Shown here: positions 35,494 through 47,192 of the stretch, piece after piece
How positions within the stretch are numbered: the first letter of the stretch is position 1
How the letters are laid out: each line of letters starts with the position of its first letter
Assembly (NCBI GenBank): GCA_000708835.1
Contig: DF237376.1
Location: 15,116-79,115 of the forward strand
DNA from: Klebsormidium nitens
Lineage: Eukaryota; Plantae; Klebsormidiophyceae
Direction of reading: 5' to 3'
Length of the DNA stretch: 64,000 bases
Notes under the pieces: generated by a model
Seen by the model: the letters and a program-made list of their open reading frames with translations, nothing else
Told to the model about the DNA's origin: nothing
The model's database searches: none
Made by a program: the position numbers and the translations under genes

Positions 35494-38400
35494 TCACATG
35501 ATGTTTTTAGTATAGTGTTGAGACGAGCGGAAAGGAAACCAACGTACCGCTCGTTGCTTTCTTACACATGCTTGCCGATGGATGCTGCACGCAAACAATG
35601 ACATGCAACATGCATCGAAATATGATACGGAGTGGCATCGCATGTACGGTCCGCCGGCCATGCACTGATTTCCGAAACTAAAGCGAACATTCAATATCGA
35701 GTTTATATGAGAATGATCAATGTTCTCTTGCACATACAGTCTCTCAGTCTACATGGGTTCTTGCCGATCTCCTGGGCGGCCGTTTAAAGACCAAACGAGT
35801 TATTTCGAGTACGGGTTGTGAAAGTTAGGCAGTCTCCCCTGTCACCGTTGAACCCTCGAAGGCATTTGAATTTGGAAACAATCCTGGTCCTAAAGGCCCT
35901 TTTGCTACTGCCGAACGTCGCAATCTCGCTTGTGTCCACTTTTCCAGTGAGTCTTTTGACAAGTTTGGCTGCAGTATCGGGCAATCCTGCATCGACCGCA
36001 TCTCATGAAGATCCCCCTTTGGTTCTCCGCTCGCGAACACGCCTGAGAGAGTGTACACGAGTAGGTTCAGCAAGGGAATCCGAAACATCGGACAGAATCC
36101 AGATCTGCAACTCTCGTCCCCTTTTGAATCAACCGTGCATGTCTCACTAAGGGAAAATACTATCGCCGACCCTCGAACCAGAACCAGATGAACGGTTTAA
36201 GAGAGCAGCTTCGACGGGCCTCAGTTTCAGAATCGCATCTCCAACGAGTTCGAAGCTGCCTCATTCGCGGATGCCTTCAACCCGAGAATGCGAAAGAGCC
36301 GGCCACAACGGCCTTTGAAGGTACTAGTTCCACCGGTTGACAAGCCTCATAATACGACAACAAGCCACAACTCCCTCCGCGTTCTTTCGATCTCCAATCA
36401 TTTGCCTTGAGTTCCCAAGGCGGGCGGGCCTACATGAATATCCTGCCGTAAGAATCAATCTGACCCACTTTGATGCACCATATCAACAAGCTCTCTCAGC
36501 TGCTTCGTAAGGCAGAAATGCAGTTCCAGGGGAGTGACTTTTCGGCGACGGCCTTACCTGGTTGGCGCACTGTCGGAGCGAAAACGCGGCCGCCACCAGC
36601 TCCCACACCGCCTCTACCCTGCTCGTCACGTCCGCAGCTTCCGGCGACAATTGCCCCTCCCGTTCCGCCCGGAAACGGAACCGTTGCAGCCGCTCCCGCT
36701 CCTCGATGATCGAAACGAAATGGGGGACGCCCTCTCCCTCGCAAAAGGCTACGAAGTTCGCTGCCGAGGGAGTGCGAGCGCCGCCCGGGACGGCTGCGCG
36801 GAGGTCCGAGAGGTAGCCCGGGTCCCACTTCCCGGCCACGTCTTTCCGGCTGCTGCAGAGCTCATTTCCACGATGCGGACGTGCCCCGCGAGCCGGTCGA
36901 ACTCCTCGGAGTGGCACCGCAGTATGCGCTGATTCGATTCGAAGTGGGGGAGGACCGCGTCCTTGACACCACGCCAGTTGCCCACCAGCTGCCGGACGAA
37001 GAGGTGCAGCAGCTCTGGTGTCAAGAAGGCGCTCGGCTGGACGTCCAACTTGGAGCAGAGAGTCAGGAGCGGGAGAGGGTTTAGCTGCTCGTGAAACGTC
37101 GGCCCCGCCGCATGCGCCGCGATCTTGAAGACCCACCCGAGCGCCCCTTCTCTCACCAGCGCTTCCTTCACGGCATTCTCCTGGGCGATGGTGCTGCTGC
37201 CACGTGGCACTCGGAGGGGCGCTAGGACGCACAGCGCAAAGTCCTCGGTCGCGTCCAGGGACAGCTGCCGCGCTTCTGCGAAGCGCTTGCAGACCTCCAG
37301 AAAGCGCTGGTCGTTCAGAATGGCGGCCAGGGATGCCCACGTGGCGCCAGCACATTGGCCGACAGTGGTCAGCGCCAGCACGTCCCCCGTATCGGTCGAA
37401 GCCCACCGCTGCAGCTGTAATCACGACAGGAGGCGTGCGCCGACCTCCTCTAGCTGACTGAACGTCGATTATGGAAGGGCCTCTGACCGAGCCAGTTCTG
37501 CTCTAGTAAGGTTGAATAGGATGAAGATCATGGTGGCTGAGAGATCGGGGTGGACGGCTCGCCAGTAGTTCTCCAGCCCTTCAGAAACGGGAAGCACGAG
37601 AGGGGACAGGCAAAGCTGCCTGTGCAGATCAGCCTGGCAGTAGTCCTCGTCTTGCCGCCGCTTTGCAAAGAAGGTGGCGAGCTGCGTGATGACGTCTACC
37701 AGGCGGGCTATGTCCGGAGGGCTCTCTTGGAGGGCCTCCTGCAATGCGCTGAAAGTCATGAAGGGCGAATCCGCGATCAAAATGGAAGGCTCCCTCGCGC
37801 CGTCACCCCTTGCCGCCTCCCGCCCCAAATTCTCTGCCGGAAACGTTTGTGAGTGATTCGTCAGCCGTTCCAGGAATAGCTGCCGCTGCGTGCCGTGTCC
37901 AGGAATGTGCTTCAGCATTGTCCGCACTCGCTCGACACTCGGCCGGAAATCAAAGACCCCCTTGGACCCGTCCGCCAGAATGTCGAACAGCCCCAGAATG
38001 GCGTCCACACAGGTCTGAAGGACGTCGCCCGTTTCTGACATCAGCAGTGTCCTGTTATTGGGGTCTTCGAAAACTTGCTGCATCCGCTCCAGAAGCGCGG
38101 CCCCCCAGGCGGCAGCCTTTGATGCCAGCTCAGGTGACTTTCCTGTGTGGACCCTTGCGGCGAGGCACATATCGCAGGCGAGATGCACAGCCATAGAGAC
38201 AAAGTCCAGACCGCTGAGCAATAGACGTTCTGCTTCTGTGAACCTGGGGCAGGCCTGTTCGAGCGGCAGTGTCTCAAGCAGCCTTTCCAACACTCCGATC
38301 TGCAGCCACTTGGATGCGAGGTCTTTCTGCGACTTGCAGAGGAGAATGGCGGTCGTGATCAGGTTGCTGGCGCTCATCAGGCTAAGGTAATTGTAAGGGG

Positions 38401-38705
38401 GCTCCGAGGCTTGCGCAACGAGCGAGGGAAGCTCCTGGAAGAATGCTGCCAGGGTGTCTGCAGCCCCGCACTCAAGGAGAGTTTGTGTGGGCTTTGGGAA
38501 GTGTGCGCTCGAGGCAATCAGCTTGGACATATAGTACACAAGGGAAGGCTCTTTGGTGAGCAGCTTTAGCAAAGATTTCAAGATGATCTCGACAGTTTCT
38601 GAGTTTTGACAGAGAGCGAGGATTTGCCTGAAAGCTTTTGTTGGTAATCTCAGCGACAACACGGCTGCCCGACTCTCTGATAACCTTGCGTAGCCATCAG
38701 TGACT
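35494..38705 (-). pseudogene. Large helical-repeat-like protein with a C-terminal MYND-type zinc finger, apparently disrupted
   Basis: Long GC-rich, Leu-rich frame 38705-37472 continues in frame past TAA (37469-71) and TGA (37421-23). It shifts frame near 36850 and ends in LRQCANQ|gtaagg (36558). A phase-0 exon at 35664 reads CMAGGPYMRCHSVSYFDACC...CSIHRQAC, a degenerate CxxC-YC-xxxC-W-H-xxxC pattern. The 5' exons were not found. Confidence 0.5.
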
Positions 38706-38828
38706 GGGGTTTGAAAGCGACGGATCGAAAAAAAACGCAAGTTTAGATTGATTGATTGAGAGAGATATCTTCGGAGCTGACTCTGGAAGACAAACGCAGA
38801 ATATCGACTAAGCGTACCGAACCGCGTC

Positions 38829-39157
38829 GCTGCTCTCGTGCTGTTGCGACAGGGCAAGAACATAGGAATCTGCCACGTGTAAGGATTGACGGTCGTCGAT
38901 ATCGGTTCCATGATTTACGGCGGTACACTGCCGAAGACTTTTATTATATAGATTTGGAAGGTTCCGTAAACGTACGCGCTCTTTTTAGCCCAGACGGCAA
39001 AGAGTTTGGTCGGACGGCTCGAGCCTCGAGGTCCAGGGTTCGAATCCTGGCAGGAACGTCAGTTCTTCGGGACTCGAGTCTCAACCCCTAAAAGGGATGT
39101 CGTGGACACGTGTCGAATTCCTATGTTCTTGCCTGTCGTGAACCATCGCGAGACAGC
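38829..39157. mobile_element. ~330-bp foldback/MITE-like element with ~52-bp imperfect inverted arms
   Basis: The left arm contains GACAGGGCAAGAACATAGGAATCTGCCACGTGT (38848-38880). The right arm contains ACACGTGTCGAATTCCTATGTTCTTGCCTGTC (39106-39137), its near-perfect reverse complement. Weaker complementarity extends to 38829/39157. No TSD was identified. Confidence 0.55.
38979..39058 (+). pseudogene. tRNA-like relic (A-box/B-box), SINE head or pseudo-tRNA
   Basis: A-box-like TAGCCCAGACGG and a B-box within a T-arm CCAGG-GTTCGAAT-CCTGG. The acceptor stem does not pair. Confidence 0.45.
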
Positions 39158-39373
39158 TTCGATGCAATTTGTCGAAAGCGTTACATGCGTTACATATATA
39201 CATGTCATTCTATATAATTATTCGATTTCGATTTCGATACACCATGTGTGACATATATAAGAGACATATATCCCTGGTGATGTCACAGAACAAATGTGCA
39301 GCATCTTCAAATTCACCTTGGTCAAAAGCAGTCCGAAACATCGGATGCATTTGGTGGCATGTTATCTTTCTGC

Positions 39374-39476
39374 GCTCGGCTAGCTCAGCTGGCTAGAGTG
39401 CAGTTCGATACAACTGCCACGTGCCTTCCACTTGTGGTTGGCCCGAAGGTCCGCGGGTCAAATCCCGTAGTTTGCA
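39374..39476 (+). pseudogene. tRNA-like relic (tRNA-Ile-like D and T arms) with ~30-nt insert
   Basis: GCTCGGC-TAGCTCAGCTGGCTAGAGTG (D arm) and AAGGTCCGCGGGTCAAATCCCGTAG (degenerate T arm). The acceptor stem is mostly unpaired. Confidence 0.5.
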
Positions 39477-40295
39477 ACTTTCTCTGGACGGAGGGGTTGG
39501 CCTGCCTCCTTTCGGAATTTTCTGTGGATCTGGCTAAAGGTCATTCAAGTATGCCTGGCTGCGGAGAAAATCTTCGCTAGCCGGCGCAGAAAGATAACCC
39601 GAAGTCACCACTTGAATATATAAGGCCATTTTCAACCTGTTTGCCGGCGTTCCGTCCGCTGCGCTTCCTTTGTTTCCGGCGCGCAGAATCGCGATTTATT
39701 GTTGAAAGTGGCGAAGCCGTAGGAATGGGTTTGAAACCGTCGCTGTACGACTTGGCATTTCTCTAGAGGTTTCGCGGCACTATCGAAGACTTACGGACCC
39801 TTAAAACTCCTCCCCGCATACGCAGAGAAGAACTCCCAAGTCCCGACTTACATTTATTTAGTTTGCGATACATTGTTTGCGATTCATCGAGGCCGTTTGC
39901 CTCGAATATCGACCGTGCTCGTCACTCGTCGTTTTTCGGCGCGTCGGTCGTAGTCCGTATGCAAATTTTATACACTCTCAACCGTTGCTTCATACGGCTG
40001 TGCCAACTCTGGACGGTCACGATTGCGCGATCGTTTAAATCCAAAATGGCATGGCTTACGGAGCAGAAGGCTCCCGTTCTAGTTTTTCCGTCGTTTTGGA
40101 TGAAGGCAAAATAAAAACGACCTCTATTTTAAAACTGGAGTTGCCACCCCGTGTTTCGGCCATATGCTTATGACGGCCGCCTCATACGGTTAAGACCACC
40201 GACTCATACTTGGTATGGTCCAAACCTCATGACTTATGATCGACGCCGCATATGGCAATATGAGGTTTTGTTCATAATATCGGTGAGACTGGGTT

Positions 40296-40341
40296 GACTC
40301 GGTGACTCGGTGACTCGGTGACTCGGTTGACTCGGTGACTC
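40296..40341 (+). repeat. (GACTCGGT)n minisatellite, about 5 units
   Basis: gttGACTCGGTGACTCGGTGACTCGGTGACTCGGTtGACTCGGTGACTC. Confidence 0.9.
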
Positions 40342-40394
40342 TGGCACCGTGACTGCCAAGCCGCGGCCGGTCGGCTGCGCAATCGTCCATCCGA

Positions 40395-40486
40395 CCCGGC
40401 CGCGGCCATTTAAAATGTAGGGCGCAAACCTCGATTGCAAAACCCTGGACGTACCACATTTCGGCGGGCGCCCGCCAAGCGCGCGG
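40395..40486 (+). promoter_or_regulatory. Second copy of the GC-rich module (see 31961-32052), ~200 bp upstream of ATG 40689
   Basis: Same five collinear blocks, including the telo-box-like AAAACCCT and a GTAC core. Confidence 0.55.
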
Positions 40487-40688
40487 CCGGTGCCATCTTT
40501 GCGGCAATGGTTGACGCGGGCCAGCCGCGCCAACTTCGGAAATCATTGGATTGAGCTACTACTACGCTGGGATTGCCATGCAAGGCGCATGCTGTACAAC
40601 GAGCTCGACAGGAACGCTCCTTGATGCTGTTGCCTTCCCACCGATTCCTCCTTTCTCTGATTCTGCCGATCAGGATCTATTTACTGCC

Positions 40689-43600
40689 ATGTTCCGGTTT
40701 TTCTGCACCGCTCGCCGGGCCCTCACTTTGGGTCAACTCCAAGAAGCAACGAGAATGACAAAGAAGGTAAGCAATTTTTCCTTAACTTCAACCTCTAGAT
40801 CATGTTGTGTTCTTTGTCAGGTCTCCACCAATGTTGGTCTAGTGGTAGATTTAGATCGAGGCTGGTTGGTTTGAGGAGCACAGGGCAAGCACAAAGGCTT
40901 CTGTAAATGGAGAGGTAGCCAAGAAAGAGACTTTGGAAGGATTTTCTGCGCTTAATATGGACCAGGAGTCTTAGCCAGCCGGTAATTGTTGCAGGTAGGA
41001 GCAATGGCATACTCCAGTGATGCGTCGGAGCGCGTTCGTTTCTTCATCACCCAGGTAATGACAAGCTTTCCACAAATCGTGTACTGGGCGATAGAAACTC
41101 TATGTTTGGGGTTGCAGGTGTTCATCTAATGGAATCTTCTTGACTGTGTTGCCGTAATGGAACTTGTCAGAAATTGTCATACTGTTACCAAGGAGCCGAA
41201 GCTGCCTTCGTTGTGACGTTTCTGTTCAAGTCATTGACGCTTCAGTCCACACAGAACGCCTTCTTGAATTTATCTGAGCCTGTGATGTAGATCTCAATCA
41301 TAGTATGAAGCTCCCATTTACATGATAGACGCAGGTGTTGTCAGCATTGTGGAGTTACGTGCTCGTTTAAGTTTCTCTCTGTGCTTTTGTCAGGGGCTGC
41401 CAGCGGATCTGGCGGAGAGCCTCGGAAAGAAGCGCCGAAGCCAGGACGTGGTAGTGTGGTTTCTGCGGGAGAAACTTGCCCAGGAGAAGGTGCTGTCAGA
41501 TCACCATCAGGAACTTTCGGCGGTGAGGCAGGCCGCAATGGAGTATCTCGAGGAGCTGGCAACGGCTAAAGAGCAGCGGGCGGAGCTGCGGGGGCAGCTG
41601 AAACTCACGCGGATGGAGTTTCTCCGGACGCGGGGGAAACTAAATTCCAGGGGCCTGCTGGGTATGCCCCATCTTCTTAGTTCACTTTGTAGCTCGTCAT
41701 CCAAAGTTATGCAAATGATGCAGGGAACCAGGTCTGAACGAGGTAGAACTGGTGGAAGTTATGGACAAGCATCTCGTCGGGGAAGAGATGCACTTCATCT
41801 TCAACATCTAGGGAAAGGAAGCCTGGTTCGGCTTCTGTTGCAGAGTCCTGTTAATGCAGAGTGGCTGTACCACTTGCCATGGAACTAGAAGTAGTATGTT
41901 CCTCTGTCTTGGAATGCATGCACCTTAAAATGCTAAGCTACTGTTTTGCATCCCGCGAGCGCAACGGCATGCTGCATGCGAGAACCGTCCCCTTTCACTC
42001 TGGGTGTGAAGTACTTGTTTGTGATGTTTTGACATTCCAGGACTTCAGCCGAAGGGGTAGGCAACAGTGGCAGCTCTTTAGGCTCATTTGCGTGTGCTTC
42101 GTTATGGCCAATCGCAAGTGGGCACTCTGGATCTGTTGTGGTATAAGTTCGAGAATCCAGTCATATACTCTGTCTGCTTCATTTGGTTCGCTTGGCTCAT
42201 GGTGACATCATCAGGACTGCTATCCTGCGTTTTTCCGAGAGGTCACGCACATGAGTTTTCTGCATTCTTTACAATTATTGGCTGGCTTACATAACCTTTC
42301 TTTTGCAGAACACATCAGCGACGATCTTTACGAGGCCCTCCCAGCCCCCCCCCCACTACCTCCGGAAGGGTCACCCGGAGGGACAGATTCGCCGCAGTCC
42401 TTGGTGATCCTGCATACGTGGGGCTCCTGGACGCGCTGAACAAGCTGGAGAAGGTCTCCCCCGCTACGTGGGCCGCGCGCTTCCTTGCGATGTATGCCAC
42501 CCTCTCGAGTCATATCCATGACTTCCAGACTCCGGAGGAGTGGCGGAACTCCGGCGCGCGCCTGGTTATCGCAGAGGGGCCGCTGACCAGCAGGGATTGT
42601 CGGGTGCTCGACACCACCTGCCTATACTTCGATATCGACCACATTGTTCATTGGGCGGCCAGGACGTCGTCGGGTCAGTTTTTGTCCTTACCTCTGAGCA
42701 GGAAATCAAACTTGAGTTTACTTGTGCCCTTGTCTGATGTTGAAACCCCCTTATCAGCAAACCCCCTTATTAGCAAGTGAAGGTTTGTTGGGCAAGTTTA
42801 TGCGATCTGTGGAGATGGTCAGAGCCCCTCATGAGGAAAGCTTGTAGTAAGTGTCGTTGCTCTGGTAGGATGTCCCAAGTCACGTATTCCGGATAAGCCT
42901 CCCAACCTTCATGCAAATGAGGTTCTCATTAACAAATTTTTTCCGTGCAGTGGAGGACGGTTTGGAGGAGGATTTGGGAAAAGGGTGAGAGTACACCTTT
43001 TTGAGAGCTGGCGGAATTTTTGGAAGAGATAATGTTGCAGATTGCCAGTCTGGGTTGCGTTGAGATGCGTAAGTCAAAGTCTGTAGGGCAGATGTCGGCG
43101 AAAGAGTTACTGAGACCTTGAACTCTAGTATCGCAGACATTGAGGCGGATTGTTGCAGAGGACCTCCCGAAGACGGTGCAACGCAAGTTCGCGGGAGAGA
43201 CGCTGGGGCCCAACGCAGCAGGGGGTAAGTTACTAAAGACACAGGCTCCGTGCAGAAGGTTGACTGATGTGTACTTTCTCTCTGATAGGCGTCTGTCAAC
43301 CGGCGAAGTGGACAACCCCTCGTTCTCCTGTAAACATTGTTTTCCACGTGTGGTGTCTCAGCCCTGCTCGATTGCATGACGAATCTGACATCCCACTACA
43401 GCTTTGGATAGATGGTAGAGTTTGAAAATCTACCATTGACAAAAGGGGGTCTCTAGGTATCTGATTGAGCTTCTTCATTGACCAAGTAGATTCATAGGTG
43501 CAAAAGTGACCAATAGCAAGAAGTGGGCATTCCAATGTCCGCATTTGACCTTACGACAACTGAGGAGCTCACTCCTGGGGCTTGAGTACACGTAATTCCG

Positions 43601-44866
43601 TGACGATCGGTAACTTCATGCGTCACAGGCGCAAGCAGTAGCATGTAGCAGGTGCAGAAAGGTAGGCTTGCACAAGCCCACGTGTTTCCTCCCATTCACT
43701 GGACATTGGCTCACGTGTCCCCTTCTCAGGCCGCCACGATGGGGCCGATGAGCAGTTGGAGGAGGTGCGGAATCTGGACGACCGCGCCGGCGCTGCGGAC
43801 ACCGTGGTGCCCGGGAGCACGGGGGGGGTGTCACTCGAGACGCAGCTTCAGCATTCGACAGGTCAGTCACGCGAAATGCCATCTTGTATGGCCTGCCAAC
43901 AGCAACCGTTCTCTAAGGGGCATCTTTCGCTTCGTCTTCTTATGGCGTGTCATTGGCTTGCCTTTGTTGAATGACGATCCTTAGCGTTCGATGGCGGATC
44001 TGCTCGGTTGGGTCGTTTGCGGGGCTCTGCGCGCCTGCTTGAATTGGCTCGCTTCGACGTCGAAAACCTAGATTTTAACTCGCGGGGGGTATGGCCAGGT
44101 GCGATTTAGAGCTCGACCGAAATTCGTGCATTGCCACGTAGCTGGTGAAATGTCGAAAATTTTCGTTTCGGAAGGATTTGTGTTACAATTGATATTCGTG
44201 AAAGAGATATGGTACGACACTGCCGGCTGCCGTCGTGGGTTCGATAAGCTGTTGCTGGAGAGTTGTGCAATTGTCGGACGATCTCCCCAGTTTGCAATTA
44301 CATAAGGGCTGCCGGTCTGGGATATCGTGCTTTGTCGTGATTCGGTGGCTGTGCCGCTGAACCCTGTTTAAATCTGGGTCAGGGGAGGTTAATCATTGCA
44401 CGGTCCGATACTCCATAGAGACCTCGTCGGTTGAAGTCAAAAGCCGGGTTAATTTGTCTTGGACCCTGTCAGTCTGCAATTCCAAGGCAAGCCGGTGTTC
44501 TCCGTAGGAAAACCCTAAATCTAGCTTCTTCTCGTTCCCGTTAGATGGCCCCGCTCTTATCTGGTGGCGGTTCTGCCAAGTTTCTAGCTTCGAGAACTTA
44601 ACCGAGCCCTTCATGTATGGAGCTTCTCTTGCTATGACTTGCTAGCGCAAATCTCTCGCAACGGTTACGATCACGTAGCTCGGACACAAGCATCGATGAA
44701 TGCCGGGCTGAAAAAGAAAGGCACCGTTCCTTCCGCTAAAGCCACGCTCTGACCTGTCTTAGGCCGCCACGAGGAGGGGACGGAGACCAATGCCAATGAC
44801 GCGCGCGCGCTCAATGGGGAGAACGAGCGCATCAAGAACCTGCCGGGAAACGGGGAGCGGGAATGA
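40689..44866 (+). CDS. Chimeric gene or pseudogene: presequence-like N-terminus + coiled-coil domain of unknown function + two Em/LEA-derived exons; exons 40689-40766, 40995-41054, 41394-41661, 42309-42673, 43730-43861, 44763-44866
   Basis: GT-AG junctions are phase-consistent except for a 1-nt deficit in exon 4, located at a C10 run (42345-42354). Exon 5 GRHDGADEQLEEVRNLDDRAGAADTVVPGSTGGVSLETQLQHSTG and exon 6 GRHEEG...ERIKNLP are homologous to Em exon 2 at 4537-4794. Confidence 0.55.
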
Positions 44867-47192
44867 GAGAACCATGCACGGGCTGGTGAGACGGTGAACG
44901 GGGCCCCGCGGAAGTAGTCGCTCAAGGCGTATCTTCATTGTCGAGCTCGGTAAGGAGGCGTCGCTTTTAATTGATGATTTTGTCTGTCCCAATGCACATC
45001 AGTCTACTCTTGCTCTATTCGCAGGCAGCTAAAAATACCAGCATGTGCCTCTCAAAATCAATTGCGGGGCTCGCTCCACTTGGAACTTCTCTCAAAAATC
45101 AGACCGTGGAAACGCCAGAGGGGAACTTCTCTGGCAATGGAAACTATTGCATTGCGGAATGAGTGTTGGCAACAAGACTCTTCGCTTAAGTTGCAGCCGT
45201 CTTTGGAGTGAGCGAGCGAGCTTCGACAGTATCTGATTAACCACTGTTTTAAGTTGATCGATCGCCCAAAAAGACAGAGGCAAAGTGCGAGATGCACTGC
45301 GATCGGGCTTGTGGACCATATGCAATAAGCATCGAAGAATGCATTTCTTACTGGATTGATGATCCGAGATCCTCGAGAGCTTTAGTCATATGCCTGCCTG
45401 GAGCTTTTTCAATCAGCGACACGAGGTCGCTGTTGGTTGCTCGCCGTGATCCTTGTGTTGCTCAAGAATAGACTGCCCATTACTCTTAAGCTTAAGCGCT
45501 CGTACTCTACATGAAGACCTTTTGCCTTTGAGCAGTCAGGTTATTGAGTTGTCGGGTCAGAACTTGAGCATGCCGTTTGGTTGCACTTTCCAGCGGAAAG
45601 GATGAACTTTTCCAGCGTTTGATGGGTTTGATACGGGTGGGGCGCTGAAGCCTTCATGTGCGTCCGGTCCCCCTAGCCTGACCCGAAGCGATGTCTTGCA
45701 ATTTTTCTGTCCAGGTCGTTCCAAGGACGACAACTTGAGGTTTGAGGCAATTCGAGATAGCGGTTGCGAGGAGGCCGGTTCAGACTGGAAGGATGATCAC
45801 GCGGAGATTAGGTGTTAAATTCGTGAGGTAGGCAGGACTTCGATAGAAGGCTGGTTGGTAACCTGTTGGACGCGTGGCCGGCTGTTAATTAGGTCTGATT
45901 TGGAGAGCTTGTAGAATACATGTATATTGTGTACATCAACAGCAAATTGCTGAACGCTTGCCCGCATGGTTATATATACGTTCCCAAGAAGCACACCATG
46001 TTAGGTTTTCATGCAGCGAAAGGAAACCAATTGAGAGGGAAGTCGGAAGGATCTAAGGACGATAAGCTGCAAGGCTGCGCTGAAATTCTAATCTCTTTGC
46101 CGCGCTTCATGCGGTTCTTGGTTTCAGTGATGTCAATGGAGGTCATGGAAGCCTGATTCTGGAAGGGATTGATCCAAACTTGAAAATTTGTAGCCATGAC
46201 GTCTGCTGGTACCACCTTCCTTGACCACGTTCGTTGATGAATCTCATCCTGGCAAGTCTGTGAAGCAGTATTCTTTTCCTGTTTTTGTGTAAAGGAAGTT
46301 TATTTGCATGCAATCAGCCTTGCCGACGGCCGGCCATACCTGATGAGCGTTGTATGTTTTGACATGTGCCTCGAGCTTGTGCAAGCATAATACGACCGGA
46401 CTTCCTAGATCCGATCAAATTGTGAGCCGAGCCTTATAAGCCAAGACCTACACGCGTGCAGTACAATTGCAATTTTGTAGGTACCGGCCACCAGCGATTA
46501 TGCGCTGTGGTTGACCATGCACATGTTCCGCCAAACCTCTTGCGGCCATATGCTTGAAACTTGCCCGGTTTCAATCTACCATAAAGTACTCTTACCTGAA
46601 TATGGCGAGGGCATGGGAACAGCCCGAGTCCATCACGTATACTCAAGCTGCATGTAATTCTTTCGAGCTGATTGCCAAGATGGTAAGATAGCCGCGTATA
46701 TCATGCAGGTTTGCTTAATTGGATGATGTCATTGTGGATATATAACTCCAAAGGAGAGCCATTCACAATTCACAGGTTGTAACTGTGCGTGTTACCTGTG
46801 CGGGGACTCGGCGCTAGTGGATAACTCGAACTTACCTCTCGAGCGCCCGCCCCGGCCCGTGAGGCGACAGCTCGATTCCTTGACCTCGGTCCCATAATTG
46901 GATACTAATTCGGCGGTAACAATAGGCGCACTCGAAACATCGCGCATCGACTTGCCTGTATTATGAACGTACGCTTGAATATGTGGCCGCCTTTCTTGTG
47001 ACATAGATTTGCGACAGTTCTGGATTGTGCAGCTTTGTGCGGCTTCATTATTCAAAGACGTTTATATTCCGAAGTTCCAAGCTAGGCAAATGGCAACGGC
47101 GTAAAATTTTGCAAGTGCACGACATGGTTGCATCTTGCTGGATTCAAATAAACTGAAGTCACTACCGGCACATCCTCTAGCATCTGGAGGCT

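Noticed and set aside
38979-39476. Functional tRNA genes
   Set aside because: Acceptor stems do not pair and anticodon arms are irregular; kept only as relics.
42880-43379. 165-aa and 79-aa ORFs and a weak hairpin in intron 4 of the chimeric gene
   Set aside because: No recognisable domain, and the inverted repeat is only ~7 bp with mismatches.
46846-46966. Exon-like minus-strand segment with good AG and GTAAGT sites downstream of SEC6
   Set aside because: Could not be joined to any other exon or assigned a family; may be UTR or chance.
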